From the NCBI RefSeq assembly GCF_006345805.1, contig NC_042997.1:30256001-30320000 (forward strand): a stretch of 64,000 nucleotides of DNA. The letters are read 5' to 3'. Numbering within the stretch: position 1 is the first letter of the stretch; each line of letters begins with the position of its first letter. Below are positions 24,560 through 36,572 of this stretch, piece after piece. This stretch comes from Octopus sinensis. Lineage: Eukaryota. The notes beneath the pieces are model-generated. The model did not search any database. It saw only the letters and a list, made by a program, of their open reading frames with translations, and was not told the origin of the DNA. The translations under genes and the position numbers were made by a program.

Positions 24560-26160
24560 CATATAAATGGAAATATTGTCATTTATTCAGTACATTTGTT
24601 GTTGCATAAACGTGTACATCTCAATGTTGATGATGATTTTGTAGACTTACACAATGAACTTAGCTTTGTACAGGACAATTTGTAGCAAGATTTGTACAAG
24701 AACACTTTGTAGGAGGCATCCTTCGCAAGTCCAAACTGGAACTAGCTTCGTTCCTTCCTTAATTCCAGGGGTTTGCATCTAGGATTATGAGCAGTAATCC
24801 GAATGCTCTCTTGGAAATCACTCCTTTTGAAATGCTAATCCATGATATCATTCGCTGTAGGTGTCACCCTAAGTACCCCTAATTTTCATTCTCAGAGGAG
24901 GATCGACATTAATATCATTTGTGAAAGATTCATTTAAGTACTGCTAGCAGGCAAAATATATCACAACCTCCGTCAGTTCCGTTGAGACATATCGAGTGCT
25001 AGCGGCAGCAGTGAATTATCTGATAAGAAGCTCATGTTGAAACCTTCTATGCTGTCTAAACAAAAAAGAAGTACGAAAGCTATTGCCTTGATAGGCGTTT
25101 CTCCTAAACTTGAGAAAATGCAGTTGCAGGAAATCCCTTTCAAGTTTTGAACAAAATTTAAATTTCTGCTTCTAAGATCTTTTTCATGGTGTCATGGAAA
25201 TTACTCAGAAGTATTACTACAACACTTGTGTTTTTAATATGAAGCACCCCAAGGGATGGCTATTGGAATGTATGGCAAATGAATAGCACCACTGCACGAA
25301 TATCCGCCTCATTTTAAGTGCATTGTCCTAATTAACTGTCATCCCACATACTGAGCACTTGATTGATGACTTTACATGGCAAACTTATCACCTAGAATCT
25401 TTAAAGTTAAAATGTATGAAAATGTCTCATTTTTATAATCTGTATTTGCCAAAATGTTATTTCAGTTTCCTGGAAATTTAGAGATATCAGACACCGCTGT
25501 CATGAATAGTTCTTCATTGCCCAGCCTAATGCAAAAGGGTCTTTGCTGGTATCCTATACACTGTACGTGATAAAATAATTCTAAATACTATTACAGATTG
25601 TTATTCAAGTGAAATTGGCATAATCCATCTCACCATCATGTTTACACAATATTCTAATCAGCAGGAATTGCTATGTTGATGAAGGTCTATACTTTGGGCT
25701 CCTTCAGTAGGAGAGAAATATTTGGTCGGTCATGTTACATCTTCTCATCTGTAGATTGGCATATCTCACATGAATTTCACCTGATCATTTTCTGCTATAG
25801 GCAAATTTTGGTGCTCGTACATCTTGTTGGGACGTTGTAGCCCATACTTCCGGAACAATACTCAGTGTATTTGTAATTCCACTTTGCATGTCGATTTTTA
25901 ACTTCTTTTGGGACAGCTTTGAGCTTCCGCTACGTATTTGTCTGTCTCGGATGATTTTCAACATAATTTATACAAAGGCGTTTCTACTGCCTTCTCAGCG
26001 TTGTATTAGACAGAGGTCCTTGAGACAGCAAGGATCAATTCTTGCGTCTTCTTTTAAAATTCATGTCTTAACAATCTCCAAGACTCTTCATCACTTTCAT
26101 TCTATGTTTGTTGGGAAAACTCTTTGTGTAGAACTTTCTCTTTCCAATTAATTTTCTCTT
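24560..26160 (-). pseudogene. Decayed Academ-like DNA transposon ORF (XPG/PIN-like nuclease and Cys-rich C-terminus)
   Basis: Motifs in expected order despite stops: NEADIR (25313-25296), IKNTSVVVILLSNFH, LGETPIKAIAFV..CLDS, KLVPVWT (about 24745-24728), then broken CxC repeats. Confidence 0.6.
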
Positions 26161-26169
26161 CATTAGTCA

Positions 26170-26500
26170 TGTATTTTTACCCCTGAAGAAGAGCTTCATC
26201 GTTATTTCCTATCACCTTCTCACACAGTGCAGCCTACAACATTCTTTCTTCACTAGCTCTAAGACTTGCTCTCAGTAGCACTATCCTGTATTCCAACCAA
26301 TCCTCTTCCACCTTAATTTCTAGATAGGTAAAACTTTGCTACATTATTTCTAGCATGAAAGCCCTATGCACAGCTGTTATCTTCCTGGTTACTCCAGCCA
26401 TGCAGACCAGTTACACCTATGTCCATTCCACAACTCCCGCACAGTGATGTACATGCTTACAGCCCAAGCGTTGATGCTCTAATCAGGTTTCCTTCATTCC
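26170..26500 (-). mobile_element. R4/Dong-clade RT thumb fragment
   Basis: NEGNLIRA..AWAV..VVEWT..RKIT..FYLSRN*GGRGL. Confidence 0.75.
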
Positions 26501-26540
26501 GCGCGCGTGTGTGTAAAAGAATTATTTTTATCATTATTAT

Positions 26541-27243
26541 TTCTCTTTAACACAGGTTTTGTTGGAGCTCCTGGAGTCTTGCATGCGTGGCGGGCTTGCT
26601 ACCTGCAGCCTACTGTACCATATTTATCCGTTCTTTTCGGCTATCTACTACTTCCCGTTTATTCTGGCCGTGTCAAAGAGGCAAAACTTTTGTAACAGTT
26701 CTACTGGGCATTCTATTCCAATTTCCTTTATTTTCTCTATGATGCCTTCTGATACTGTTCCCAAGGACCCAATAATAGTTGGCACAACCTTCACCTTCTT
26801 TATTTTCCACAGCCAGGTTATTTCGTACTTAAGAGGGTTGTATTTATCTATCTGTTCACCTTCCATCTTGACTATTTGTGGGTCAAAGGGGTGTGCAACA
26901 TCAATTATATAGCATATGTTTTGCACCTTGTCCATCACCACCAGGTCCGGTCTGTTAAGCTCTAGCACTTGATCTGTTTGGATTGCGAAATCCTAGAGGA
27001 TTTTGCTAGTCTCCGACTCAGCCACTCTCTATGTTTTGCGCCCATACCTCGTCTTGCTGCACTTTTCGCAGTTTCCAAGGTAGCACTGTCGCTACCTGAT
27101 CGTGTCGCCACAACTCGTAATAGTTTTGGGCAAGTCTAGGGCAATCGTTCGTGATATGGGAAATGTTTCATCCAATCTGTTGCAGATGCGGCACAGCGGA
27201 AACACCTCCTCATTCCTAAGGTCGACCCTCCAGTTTGTGACTG
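26541..27243 (-). mobile_element. R4/Dong-clade 3' fragment (CCHC, RLE, 3' UTR)
   Basis: CRICNRLDET..HITNDCP, then ORF 26648-26968 (NRPDLVV..IIDVAHP..KY..LKYEI..VVPTIIGSLG). Short TAA-like tail near 26521-26540. Confidence 0.9.
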
Positions 27244-27249
27244 TTATTA

Positions 27250-27700
27250 TTTGATGAAAACTCACATATTATTTTGCTGTGTATGATAAAAAGTGTCAGC
27301 TGTCCACAGCCAGCAGACTAAGGTGACACTTGTTTACTGATTATGCTTCAAAAACCCTGCGAAGAATTCTTGCAATTCCAAGCAATGCTAATTCTATAAG
27401 TGTTCTACCTTTATTTGTATCAATCTTTTTGAGCTATTTTGGTTGTTGGGTGCTGATACTTCCAAGTGCGCCAATAACTATTGGTATCACGTCTACTCTC
27501 CTCATTGACCACAATCTTCATATTTCCCACTTCAAATCGTCATAGTTGTTCAGTTTTTCTTCTTCCTCTTTCATCCTGTTTTCACCGGGAGATTATAATT
27601 TACACCTTGTCCGGCTTCCTATTCTCTGTCTCATGGTTGCACTGAATCATAAAATCCTATAGGATCTTTGCATTTCTATTTTTGACGATGCCTTCAGTTT
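27250..27700 (-). mobile_element. R4/Dong-clade RLE fragment, second lineage
   Basis: KIL*DFMIQ..RKPD and EEEKLNNYDDLKWEI*RLWSMRRVDVIPIVIGALG..LLGIARILRRVFEA*. Confidence 0.85.
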
Positions 27701-27910
27701 TGTGGTCCTTCAATCACTGGTACTGTAGTCGCCTTGAGATGCCACATTTTTTTCAATCTCTATTAGCAAGTCTTTATATTTACTGATCTTGTCAAATTCT
27801 TTCGCCGTTAAATTGTGATCGCAAGGAATACTCATATCAATTAACACACCTTTTTTGTCTGATCTTTTATAATAATATCCGGTTTATTAACTTTTACAGT
27901 TTTGTCGGTA
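27700..27910 (-). mobile_element. R4/Dong-clade RLE fragment, third lineage
   Basis: TDKTVKVNKPDIIIKD..LIDMSIPCD..KEFDKISKYKDLLIEIE.MWHLK. Confidence 0.85.
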
Positions 27911-27967
27911 TGTATGAATTTATGTATGTATGTATGTATGTATGTATGTATGTATATATGTATGTAT

Positions 27968-28012
<45 letters not shown>

Positions 28013-28026
28013 ATTATTATTATTAT

Positions 28027-28354
28027 GAAAGAGCAGCGCATGCCATCAAAGTGACACTGGGGTAAAATATACGAAGCCCAGTATACCTATCATGACTACC
28101 CGTCTGATAAGGGTGCACAAGGCACATGCATCACAACCATATGTGCGCGACATGGTGATCTCATATCAAGATAAACAGCACATGATCTTGCAGGTGGGGC
28201 CCAGTCAAAATTTTCTTCTGTTCGAGTAACCCATCCTGCTCAAAAAGTCCCTGAATAAATGTTGTTTAAGGATGTTGAACGAAACACCCATGTTTCCAGA
28301 GGTGAATTATTCAAACCCCGAAAAATCCCTCTCAACACATGGCTATGATGCTCC
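28027..28354 (-). mobile_element. Non-coding element of about 330 bp between (TAA)n tracts; probable non-autonomous retroelement
   Basis: Complex, non-coding sequence bounded on both sides by TAA/TTA repeats. Strand is assumed from the TAA-tail orientation. Confidence 0.45.
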
Positions 28355-28474
28355 TATTATTATTATTATTATTATTATTACTATTATTATTATTATTATT
28401 ATCATCATCATCATCATCATCATCATCATTATTATTATTATTATGATTATTATTATTATTATTATTATTATTAT

Positions 28475-28552
28475 TTCTCTTTATCACAGGTTTTGTTGGA
28501 GCTCCTGGAGTCTTACATACGTAGCGGGCTTGCTACCTGCAGCCTACGGTAC
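28475..28552 (-). mobile_element. R4/Dong 3' stub, same family as 26541
   Basis: ttctcttta.cacaggttttgttggagctcctggagtctt..gggcttgctacctgcagccta is repeated. Long TAA/TGA tail at 28355-28474. Confidence 0.85.
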
Positions 28553-29164
28553 TATGATTTTCACTCTTTTCAGCTATTTAATACTTTCCTGAATATTTAT
28601 ATTTTCCATTTTGCTGTCTCCACTTTCTGTTTTTTGAAGCTCAGCTGAACATTTAGCCTTTTATCTAAAATCTATCAAAGAATATTTCCCTTTAGACTTG
28701 TGGAAACATAAAACACTATTACACGAATATATACATTATATGTACATATATTATTAATGTACATTTGTGCTATATATGAGGAGGTATGTGTGTTTGGGCC
28801 TTTCTAGGTTTCATGTTTGTTTATATGTAGGTATATATTGCAGCGAAGATAGATATGCTTACCTAGGCATATTACATAACATAGAGTTACAAGTCGTATC
28901 GTAGTTGCCATTATACGAATAGCACGAAGCTAAAAACTGTGCAATTTCGTCTGTTTACTTAACTTATCGGTCTACACATATACATATATATACAATAAAT
29001 ATATACATGTGTGTGTGTGTCCGTGTATGTGTCTGGGTGTGAACATGTGCAACTATATATGTATATAAACATGGGCTTTTACGTATCTATATATGTGATA
29101 CATATATATATATATATATATATGTGATACATATATATATATATGTGTGTGTATATAAATTCTT

Positions 29165-29595
29165 TTATTCTTTTACTTGTTTACTCTTTTACTTTGTTTC
29201 AGACATTTGACTGTGGCCATGCTGGAGCACCGCCTTTAGGCGAGTAAATCGACCCCAGGACTTATTCTTTGTAGGCCTAGTGCTTATTCTATCGGTCTCT
29301 TGCGCTGAACCACTAAATTACGGGGACGTAAACGCACCAGCATCGGTTGTCACGAGATTTTGAGGGAGGACAAACATAGACAAACAAGCACATTCCACAC
29401 ACACATACACACAGACACACACACATACATATATATATACATTTATATATACGACGGGCTTCTTTCAGTTTCCCCATACCATGTCCACTCACAAGGCTTT
29501 GGTTGGCCAGAGGCTATAGTAGAAGACACTTGCCCAAGCTGTAACTGAACCCGAAACCGTGTGGTTGGTAATCAAGCTACTTACCAAACAGCTAC
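29165..29595 (-). mobile_element. SINE family C
   Basis: Both halves present, with an internal (CA)n/(TA)n tract. Confidence 0.85.
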
Positions 29596-29622
29596 TCCTG
29601 CACCTAGATATATATATATATA

Positions 29623-29924
29623 TCACCGTGACCGACCACGCTATCAGATGTTGCTCCACATCGCTGGTCACAATGCGTTTAGCATTGTTTTAGCCTTCAA
29701 ATGATGCCACCCCGCTGGCTAAGTGAGCAGGCCAACAGAAGAAAGAGTGAGAGAAAGTTGTGGCGAAAGAGTACAGCAGGGATCGCCACGCCCCCCTGCC
29801 GGAGCCTCGTGGAGTTTTAGGTGTTTTCGCTCAATAAACACTCACAACGCCCGGTCTGGGAATCGAAACCGCGATCCTACAACCGTGATTCCGCTGCCCT
29901 AACCACTGGGCCATTGCGCCTCCA
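29623..29924 (-). mobile_element. SINE family A, alternative-tail subfamily
   Basis: Reverse complement of the 14739 type. Confidence 0.85.
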
Positions 29925-29942
29925 TATATATATATATATATT

Positions 29943-29988
<46 letters not shown>

Positions 29989-30074
29989 TATAATATAAAT
30001 AATATATATATATATATGCATATATACACGCATACATGTACCTGCCTACATATCTATGTATATATACATGCATA

Positions 30075-30270
30075 TATGGGTGCAGGACGTCAAAAAGACG
30101 TGAACAAAATGAGAAACGAGAACATAAAAAACAACGAAAGAAACACACAGAGAAACGAGACAGGTAACATAAAGAACATTCCTTTCATCAGTTGTCTCCT
30201 GTTATATTTACTCCGCGTTCCGAAGGTAGGGACAAGACGCGACTTCGTTAGAACAGTCCTTCCCGCAACG
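30075..30270 (-). mobile_element. Possible Penelope-like pLTR relic
   Basis: A-rich aaaacaacgaaagaaac composition, similar in style to 35330-35520 and 51672-52542. Confidence 0.35.
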
Positions 30271-30308
<38 letters not shown>

Positions 30309-31004
30309 TCATCCATCCATCTATACATACACTCACACATACATTCACGCAACCACACACATGCACACACAAGCATATGCTTTCGAAATTTATCCGTTAT
30401 CCCCTAGTTGACCAGCTTTCTTTATTTAAAGCTCCTGTAACGATGTCACTGCTGAGTTGAGATGCCACTACATTTTACTGATTGCAGACTAATACAGTTC
30501 ACTGTGATGTCGACTTTCATTCTATGCAGGCTAATACCATGGAATTTCAATTGTTGAGAAGAATTAGAACGCTATGACGGTCGCGAAATTACCGGAATAG
30601 CTCTCCAAACCTTTACCGTCGGTAATCCTATAATTCTGTTAATGAGATATTTCTGACTGATACTTCTCTGTACGGATAAATAGCTTATGTGAATTTGGTG
30701 GAACTTGAAGTGAGATTTCACAGAACCGGAACAAATGTCACAAGCCGTGCTATCCGATGCCCTTCCAGATCTGACAAGTTGGTGTGAATATGTACGCCAG
30801 TATATAGATATACATATTCATGTGAGTGAGTGTGTATGTGCGTATGCGTGTAAAGATTACGCACACACATATATGTATGTATATATATATATATAAAATA
30901 TAATATAATATAAATAATATATATATATATATATACATACATACATACATACATACATACATACATACATACACACATACATATACGTGCATGCATATAT
31001 ATAT

Positions 31005-31040
<36 letters not shown>

Positions 31041-31178
31041 CATACATACATACATACATACATACATACATACACACATACATATACGTGCATGCATATA
31101 TATATATATATATATATATGCATACAAATTTATGTATACATAAATACATATACATGCACAAAAATACATAAATACACA

Positions 31179-31225
<47 letters not shown>

Positions 31226-31527
31226 TTATATAAAACGAAGTAGTTGGGCATCAGATTTCTTTACTTATTTATCCCTAAATACTTGTCACTTCTAGTCGCC
31301 CTACAAAGCCTGATCCCTGTAGAATTACACAAATAATTTGATGACCTATTTCTTTAATAATCCCATATTAACCAACTTCCTTCCTATCGTTTGGCAGTTT
31401 GCTTGTTGTGGCTCTGAGAAAGTTGCCTTAGGATGGCGGTTCCTTATATTTTCAGTCGATCGATCGATTGATATGATTGAACCACGAACCCAACTGAACA
31501 CATGTCCGAAACAACGGTAGACCTCTA

Positions 31528-31597
<70 letters not shown>

Positions 31598-31637
31598 AAT
31601 CCTTGATATCTGTCTATGACATGATACACACGTACAT

Positions 31638-31674
<37 letters not shown>

Positions 31675-31683
31675 ACACACACA

Positions 31684-31733
<50 letters not shown>

Positions 31734-31910
31734 GTATGTGTGTCTAGACAGACGGTGAGAGAAGGAAAGGGTGATATATTAAAAGTAAGTCAAAATCCTT
31801 ATCTTGATATATTTCTTGGTTGCTGAATCAAAAACGTAGTACCTTTCAATAATGAAATCTATATATTACACATAGATTGACTGATGGATATACATACATG
31901 CAAATGCGCA

Positions 31911-31959
<49 letters not shown>

Positions 31960-32038
31960 CTTGATGCATTCATGGAAGAGCAATCTTAGACATTTAAGAA
32001 CATACAAATCTGGTATATTAATCATTCGCCTATTTCTC

Positions 32039-32153
32039 GAGGTGTCAAGTTTTCGTCACACATATGCGACATTTTCACGATACAGTTCCACTGCAACTAA
32101 GCGGAATTGTATCGTGACCAAGTTGCAGATGTACTCCAAACATTTGACACCTC
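32039..32153. other. Nested and crossing inverted repeats (candidate structured element)
   Basis: Pairings of 10 bp (32039-48/32144-53), 15 bp (32075-89/32103-17) and 8 bp (32091-98/32121-28). Confidence 0.6.
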
Positions 32154-33071
32154 AAAATCTAAGCCAAAACGAATATAACAGATTTTATGCTTTCTTAAAT
32201 GACTCAAATGTTTCTTCGACGATGTAATTGCATCAATGTCGATACTGACTTTGATATGGTTCGCACAACTGTCGGATTTTTTAATGGGAAACATGTTTTA
32301 CACAATGTTAGTTATATTGCCTACATATATCGTTAATTGATAGACCTCAAATCTAAACTGTACACGCAGCTTTAATAATTTATTTATATGGAAATATTTA
32401 AAACATCTCTAACATATTGTATAGCCTTCTCTTTGGTAAATAGCACTATCTTCTTTATAATTTGAAGTTCTATATCTTTTTTTAATTTTGAGAACTCACC
32501 TACAATTGGCTTGAATAGCAGTTTTAGTGAAGAACTTTGTAATCTCCCTTCCATAATGCAAAATCGGTTCTATAGTTGCCGCTTTTTATTGTAGGGTCCT
32601 TGCTAAGTCACTAGGCTTTTGATCAAAGTTTCTTCAACCATAACACGTTTAACTTCTTTTATTGGTGCTTTTTCGGGAATATACCTAAAATGTTCTACCT
32701 TTATTAAAATAGTAAGAGGTTCTTTCTATGACGTTTAGTTATTTCTGTATGTGAAACTATCTCGTCCAGAAAGTCAAGATACGAATGACCTTTACATCCG
32801 CCGCCAACACATAATATATATAAAGTAGTATATATTTATTATAGTGTTATAGGAAAAGGAGTAACAGTCATCTCTTTTCTTGTGAAAATAAAATACATAT
32901 GTACTCTACAAAAAGTATTGAGTAACCCTTCAACTTAAAGTGTTTTTTGACAACTCAAATATAAAAGGAACCTTTAATATGTGTGGGTATATGTATATAT
33001 ATATGTGTGTGTGTATGCGTGTGAGTGTGTGTGAGTGAGTGTGCGTGTGTATACATGTATGTGTGTGTATA

Positions 33072-33250
33072 AAGACCCCCTTCGATCACCATGGGATTGC
33101 ACCAAGAAAGTTAAAGTTACCCTCTGAGGCACAAGTCCGGGCAAGGTTGTTTTTTATGAAAGACCAGCAGTTGCCCTTGCATTCTAGCAGCCCTTCTCCA
33201 CACTACCGATGTTGTCCAATGGAAAGGCAAGGACCGATTCAGCTTGACAC
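33072..33250. repeat. Probable dispersed retroelement 3'-end fragment
   Basis: GC-richer block (accatgggattgcacc..gaaagtta..gaggcacaagtccgggcaagg). Only one copy in the window. Confidence 0.35.
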
Positions 33251-34147
33251 ATTATTACATTGGTGCTTGTTCACTATATTACATTTGTGCGTGTGCATTT
33301 GTGAGAATATATAATTGTATGAGAGTGTGAGTTGATAATAGAGATGGGCATAAACAAAGACTCGTAGAGAGAGCGGGGGATAGAAAATGCCAGTGAAAAA
33401 TAGAGAGACAGATGGACAGACAGACAGAAACAGACTCGGAGAGCAACCTACGAAGTTGTGACAAAAATTAATCCGAACTAGAAAAATGCCAAAGGAAGCG
33501 CATAAGAGTGTATAAAATGAAGAAAATAATAAAAAGCTCATGAAATGGAAAAGGCAAATAGACATTTATATACACCCGCGAAGCTTACTATTTTACTACA
33601 CAAAATAAACACAACTTGGGACTAGTATTAAATATACCCGCTACGGTATCGGGATTGCCATTTCTATATGAAGGGATACCGCCCTAACATATAATTTAAT
33701 ACAAATACCCTTGTATCATGCTACCCATAACAGCAATGTATGTACGTATATACGTATGTATGTAAGCAGGGAAATCTGTTGCAACATCTGTAAATGTCAA
33801 ACAAATTTCTATTGTACATTCATTTCGACAAATCTAACTTTACGAAATGACGTAACGGTTTTAGCCTGGAAAATTCCTGTTGTTCACTTCCATTCTTAAA
33901 TTTCAGTATTAAGGGGATTCGTTGAATGCCGTAAATCTTAGTGATAAATAAACTCTTGCACAAATATAAACATTCATCGCGCACGCGCACATACATATAC
34001 ACACACTCTTATATTTATGCTTACATATACATATATATAAATATATATACATATATATATACACTTATATATACTTAGATATACATATATGCGCATATAT
34101 ATTTATACACAGTCATACATTCATATATATGTATTATATAAATATTA

Positions 34148-34545
34148 GGAGTGGCTGTGTAGTAAGTAGCTTGCTTACCAACCACATGGTTCCGGGTTCA
34201 GTCCCACTGCGTGGCATCTTGGGCAAGTGTCTTCTGCTATAGCCCAGGGCCGACCAAGGCCTTGTGAGTGGATTTGGTAGACGGAAACTGAAAGAAGCCT
34301 GTCGTATATATGTATATATATGTATGTATGTGTGTTTGTGTTTCTGTGTTTGTCCCCCTAGCATTGCTTGACAACCGATGCTGGTGTGTTTATGTCCCCG
34401 TCACTTAGCGGTTCGGCAAAAGAGACCGATTGAATAAGTATTGGGCTTACAAAAAGAATAAGTCCCGGGGTCGAGTTGCTCGATTAAAGGCGGTGCTCCA
34501 GCATGGCCACAGTCAAATGACTGAAACAAGTAAAAGAGTAAAAGA
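34148..34545 (+). mobile_element. SINE family C, full length
   Basis: ggagtggctgtgtagtaagtagcttgc..ggttcagtccc (tRNA-like head), cttgggcaagtgtctt, internal microsatellite, tail gtaaaagagtaaaagag. Confidence 0.9.
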
Positions 34546-34614
34546 GTATGTGCATATATTTATGTATATATATATACATGTGTGTGTGTATACATATACA
34601 TATATATAAATATA

Positions 34615-34800
34615 TATGTAGGTATACATATGTGTACATACATGTATATACATGTGTGTGTGTATGTAGGTATACATATGTGTACATACATGTATATACA
34701 TGTGTGTGTGTATGTAGGTATACATATGTGTACATACATGTATATACATGTGTGTGTGTATGTAGGTATACATATGTGTACATACATGTATATACATGTG
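34615..34800. repeat. 48-bp minisatellite, about 4 copies
   Basis: Unit atgtaggtatacatatgtgtacatacatgtatatacatgtgtgtgtgt. Gives the 16-aa repeat pseudo-ORFs. Confidence 0.9.
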
Positions 34801-35329
34801 CGTGTTTGTGTGTGTGCGTGTGTTATGTAATACAGGAGATTGTCAGAGCTATTACAGCGTTTCTTAATATAAGCTATGATTTTAGTCTTGGTCTGTGCGT
34901 CCTGAGTTCAACTCCAACGGAAACCCAAAAACTTTCATCATTCAGGATTGGCATATAAAGTGGTCGATAAAATAAGTGCCAGTAAAGCACTGGATCAATG
35001 TAATTGGACTAACCACTACCCCTGTAATTGCTGGCCTTGTACTAAAATTTGAAACCGATATTACACTGCATAATGTCTAGAGCTATCGAAAACATGATTT
35101 CACTCGTGAATATATGGGCAACAAACGCCATTTGAGAAACCATCTCGTACACTGGCACCACGGCATCCTCTGCTGCAAGTGAGCGCCGTATACATTATCC
35201 TATCCTTTAACTACAAAAATAATATTAATAGTAACATCGAAGTTTTGGTTAATTTGAGGAAGGCTGAGCCAGTCGAAACTTTCAAGTCGACAGTTTAAAA
35301 ACAAATATATAAAAACAAATATATATATA

Positions 35330-35520
35330 TATATATAAAGTTAATCCAAACAAGAAAGCACAAAAAAACACAACAACGCGAGGACGTGGAACAAATATAG
35401 TGTTATTGGACGCTCAGGAAAGAAGGAGGGTTTAACGTTGCGAGCGGAGCTCTTCGTCGGAAACATAGGAGAAGGAAAGATCCAGAGAAGGGAAGACAGA
35501 GGAAAAAATCGCCAACGGTA
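35330..35520 (-). mobile_element. Penelope-like pLTR relic with degenerate minimal hammerhead
   Basis: Minus strand reads gttt CCGACGA a gagc tcc gctc GCAAC GTT aaac. Confidence 0.55.
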
Positions 35521-35521
35521 C

Positions 35522-36202
35522 ACACGATGTCATGCACGTGTAGGAAATGAGGTAGTAGAAAATGTAGTAGGAAAATATGAAGTTCCTAATTGGAATGAGA
35601 GTGGGAGGTGGTTGTTGAAAATGTGTATGGAGCAGGAGATGGAGGTGGGGAATAGTCTTTTCAAAAGGTGGGAAAAGTATAAGTTCACGTGGTGGAGGGT
35701 AGAGGGAGAAATAGTAGTGGATAGGGCCTTGATGGACTATATATCAATGGATAAGAGAGTGGTAGGAAGGTTGGTTGATGTGCATGTAATGAGAGGTGAA
35801 GGTGGAGGAGTGTCAGATCACTTCTTAGTACAGGGTAAGTTGAAGGTATGCTCAAAATGGAATGCTTGACAAGTGACATGGAGGAGAAAGGTTGTGAAGG
35901 TGAGTGAACTGGATAGGTGGAGAAGGAGCAGGCGTATGTAGAGAAACTGAGAGGGGATTATGGACAGGTTAAGGAACGGCGGGGTAGATGTGGCGGAGTG
36001 GGAAGCTTTTAGAGAGGCAGTATTGAGATGTGCCTCTGAGGTATGTGGTACAGGAGTGGTTGGAATGGGTGTACGTAAAGTGAGTGGTGGAATGAGCAGA
36101 TAAGGGATGCGGTGGCAGAGAAGAAAAGGGCCGTTGAAGAGGGGTTGTAGAAAGAGGATGGAGAGGCTTATAATCGCTACAGAGAAGTGAAGAGGAGAGT
36201 AT
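35522..36202 (+). mobile_element. RTE-like LINE fragment, apurinic endonuclease region
   Basis: HARVGNE..NESGRWLL..KFTW..RALMDYI..SDHFLV, then a degraded linker. Confidence 0.8.
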
Positions 36203-36221
36203 ATACACCCATACACACACA

Positions 36222-36319
<98 letters not shown>

Positions 36320-36324
36320 GTTGG

Positions 36325-36550
36325 TGAGCTGGCAGAAACGTTAGCACGTCGGGCGAAATGCGTAGCTGTATTTCATATCTGCCGTTACGTTCTGAGTTCA
36401 AATTTCGCCGAGGTCGACTTTGCCTTTCGTCCTTTCGGGGTCGATAATTTAAGTACCAGTTGCGCACTGGGGTCGATATAATCGACTTAATCCGTTTGTC
36501 TGTCCTTGTTTGTCCCCTCTGTGTTTAGCCCCTTGTGGGTAGTAAAGAAA
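36325..36550 (+). mobile_element. SINE family B inserted at the mariner left end
   Basis: (TA)n-ttgggttgg occurs both before the SINE (36316-24) and after it (36575-83). Confidence 0.85.
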
Positions 36551-36572
36551 TATATATATATATATATATATA

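Noticed and set aside
30618-30772. 51-codon open frame between AG and GT on minus strand
   Set aside because: Weak acceptor, no partner exon or recognisable motif; compatible with chance.
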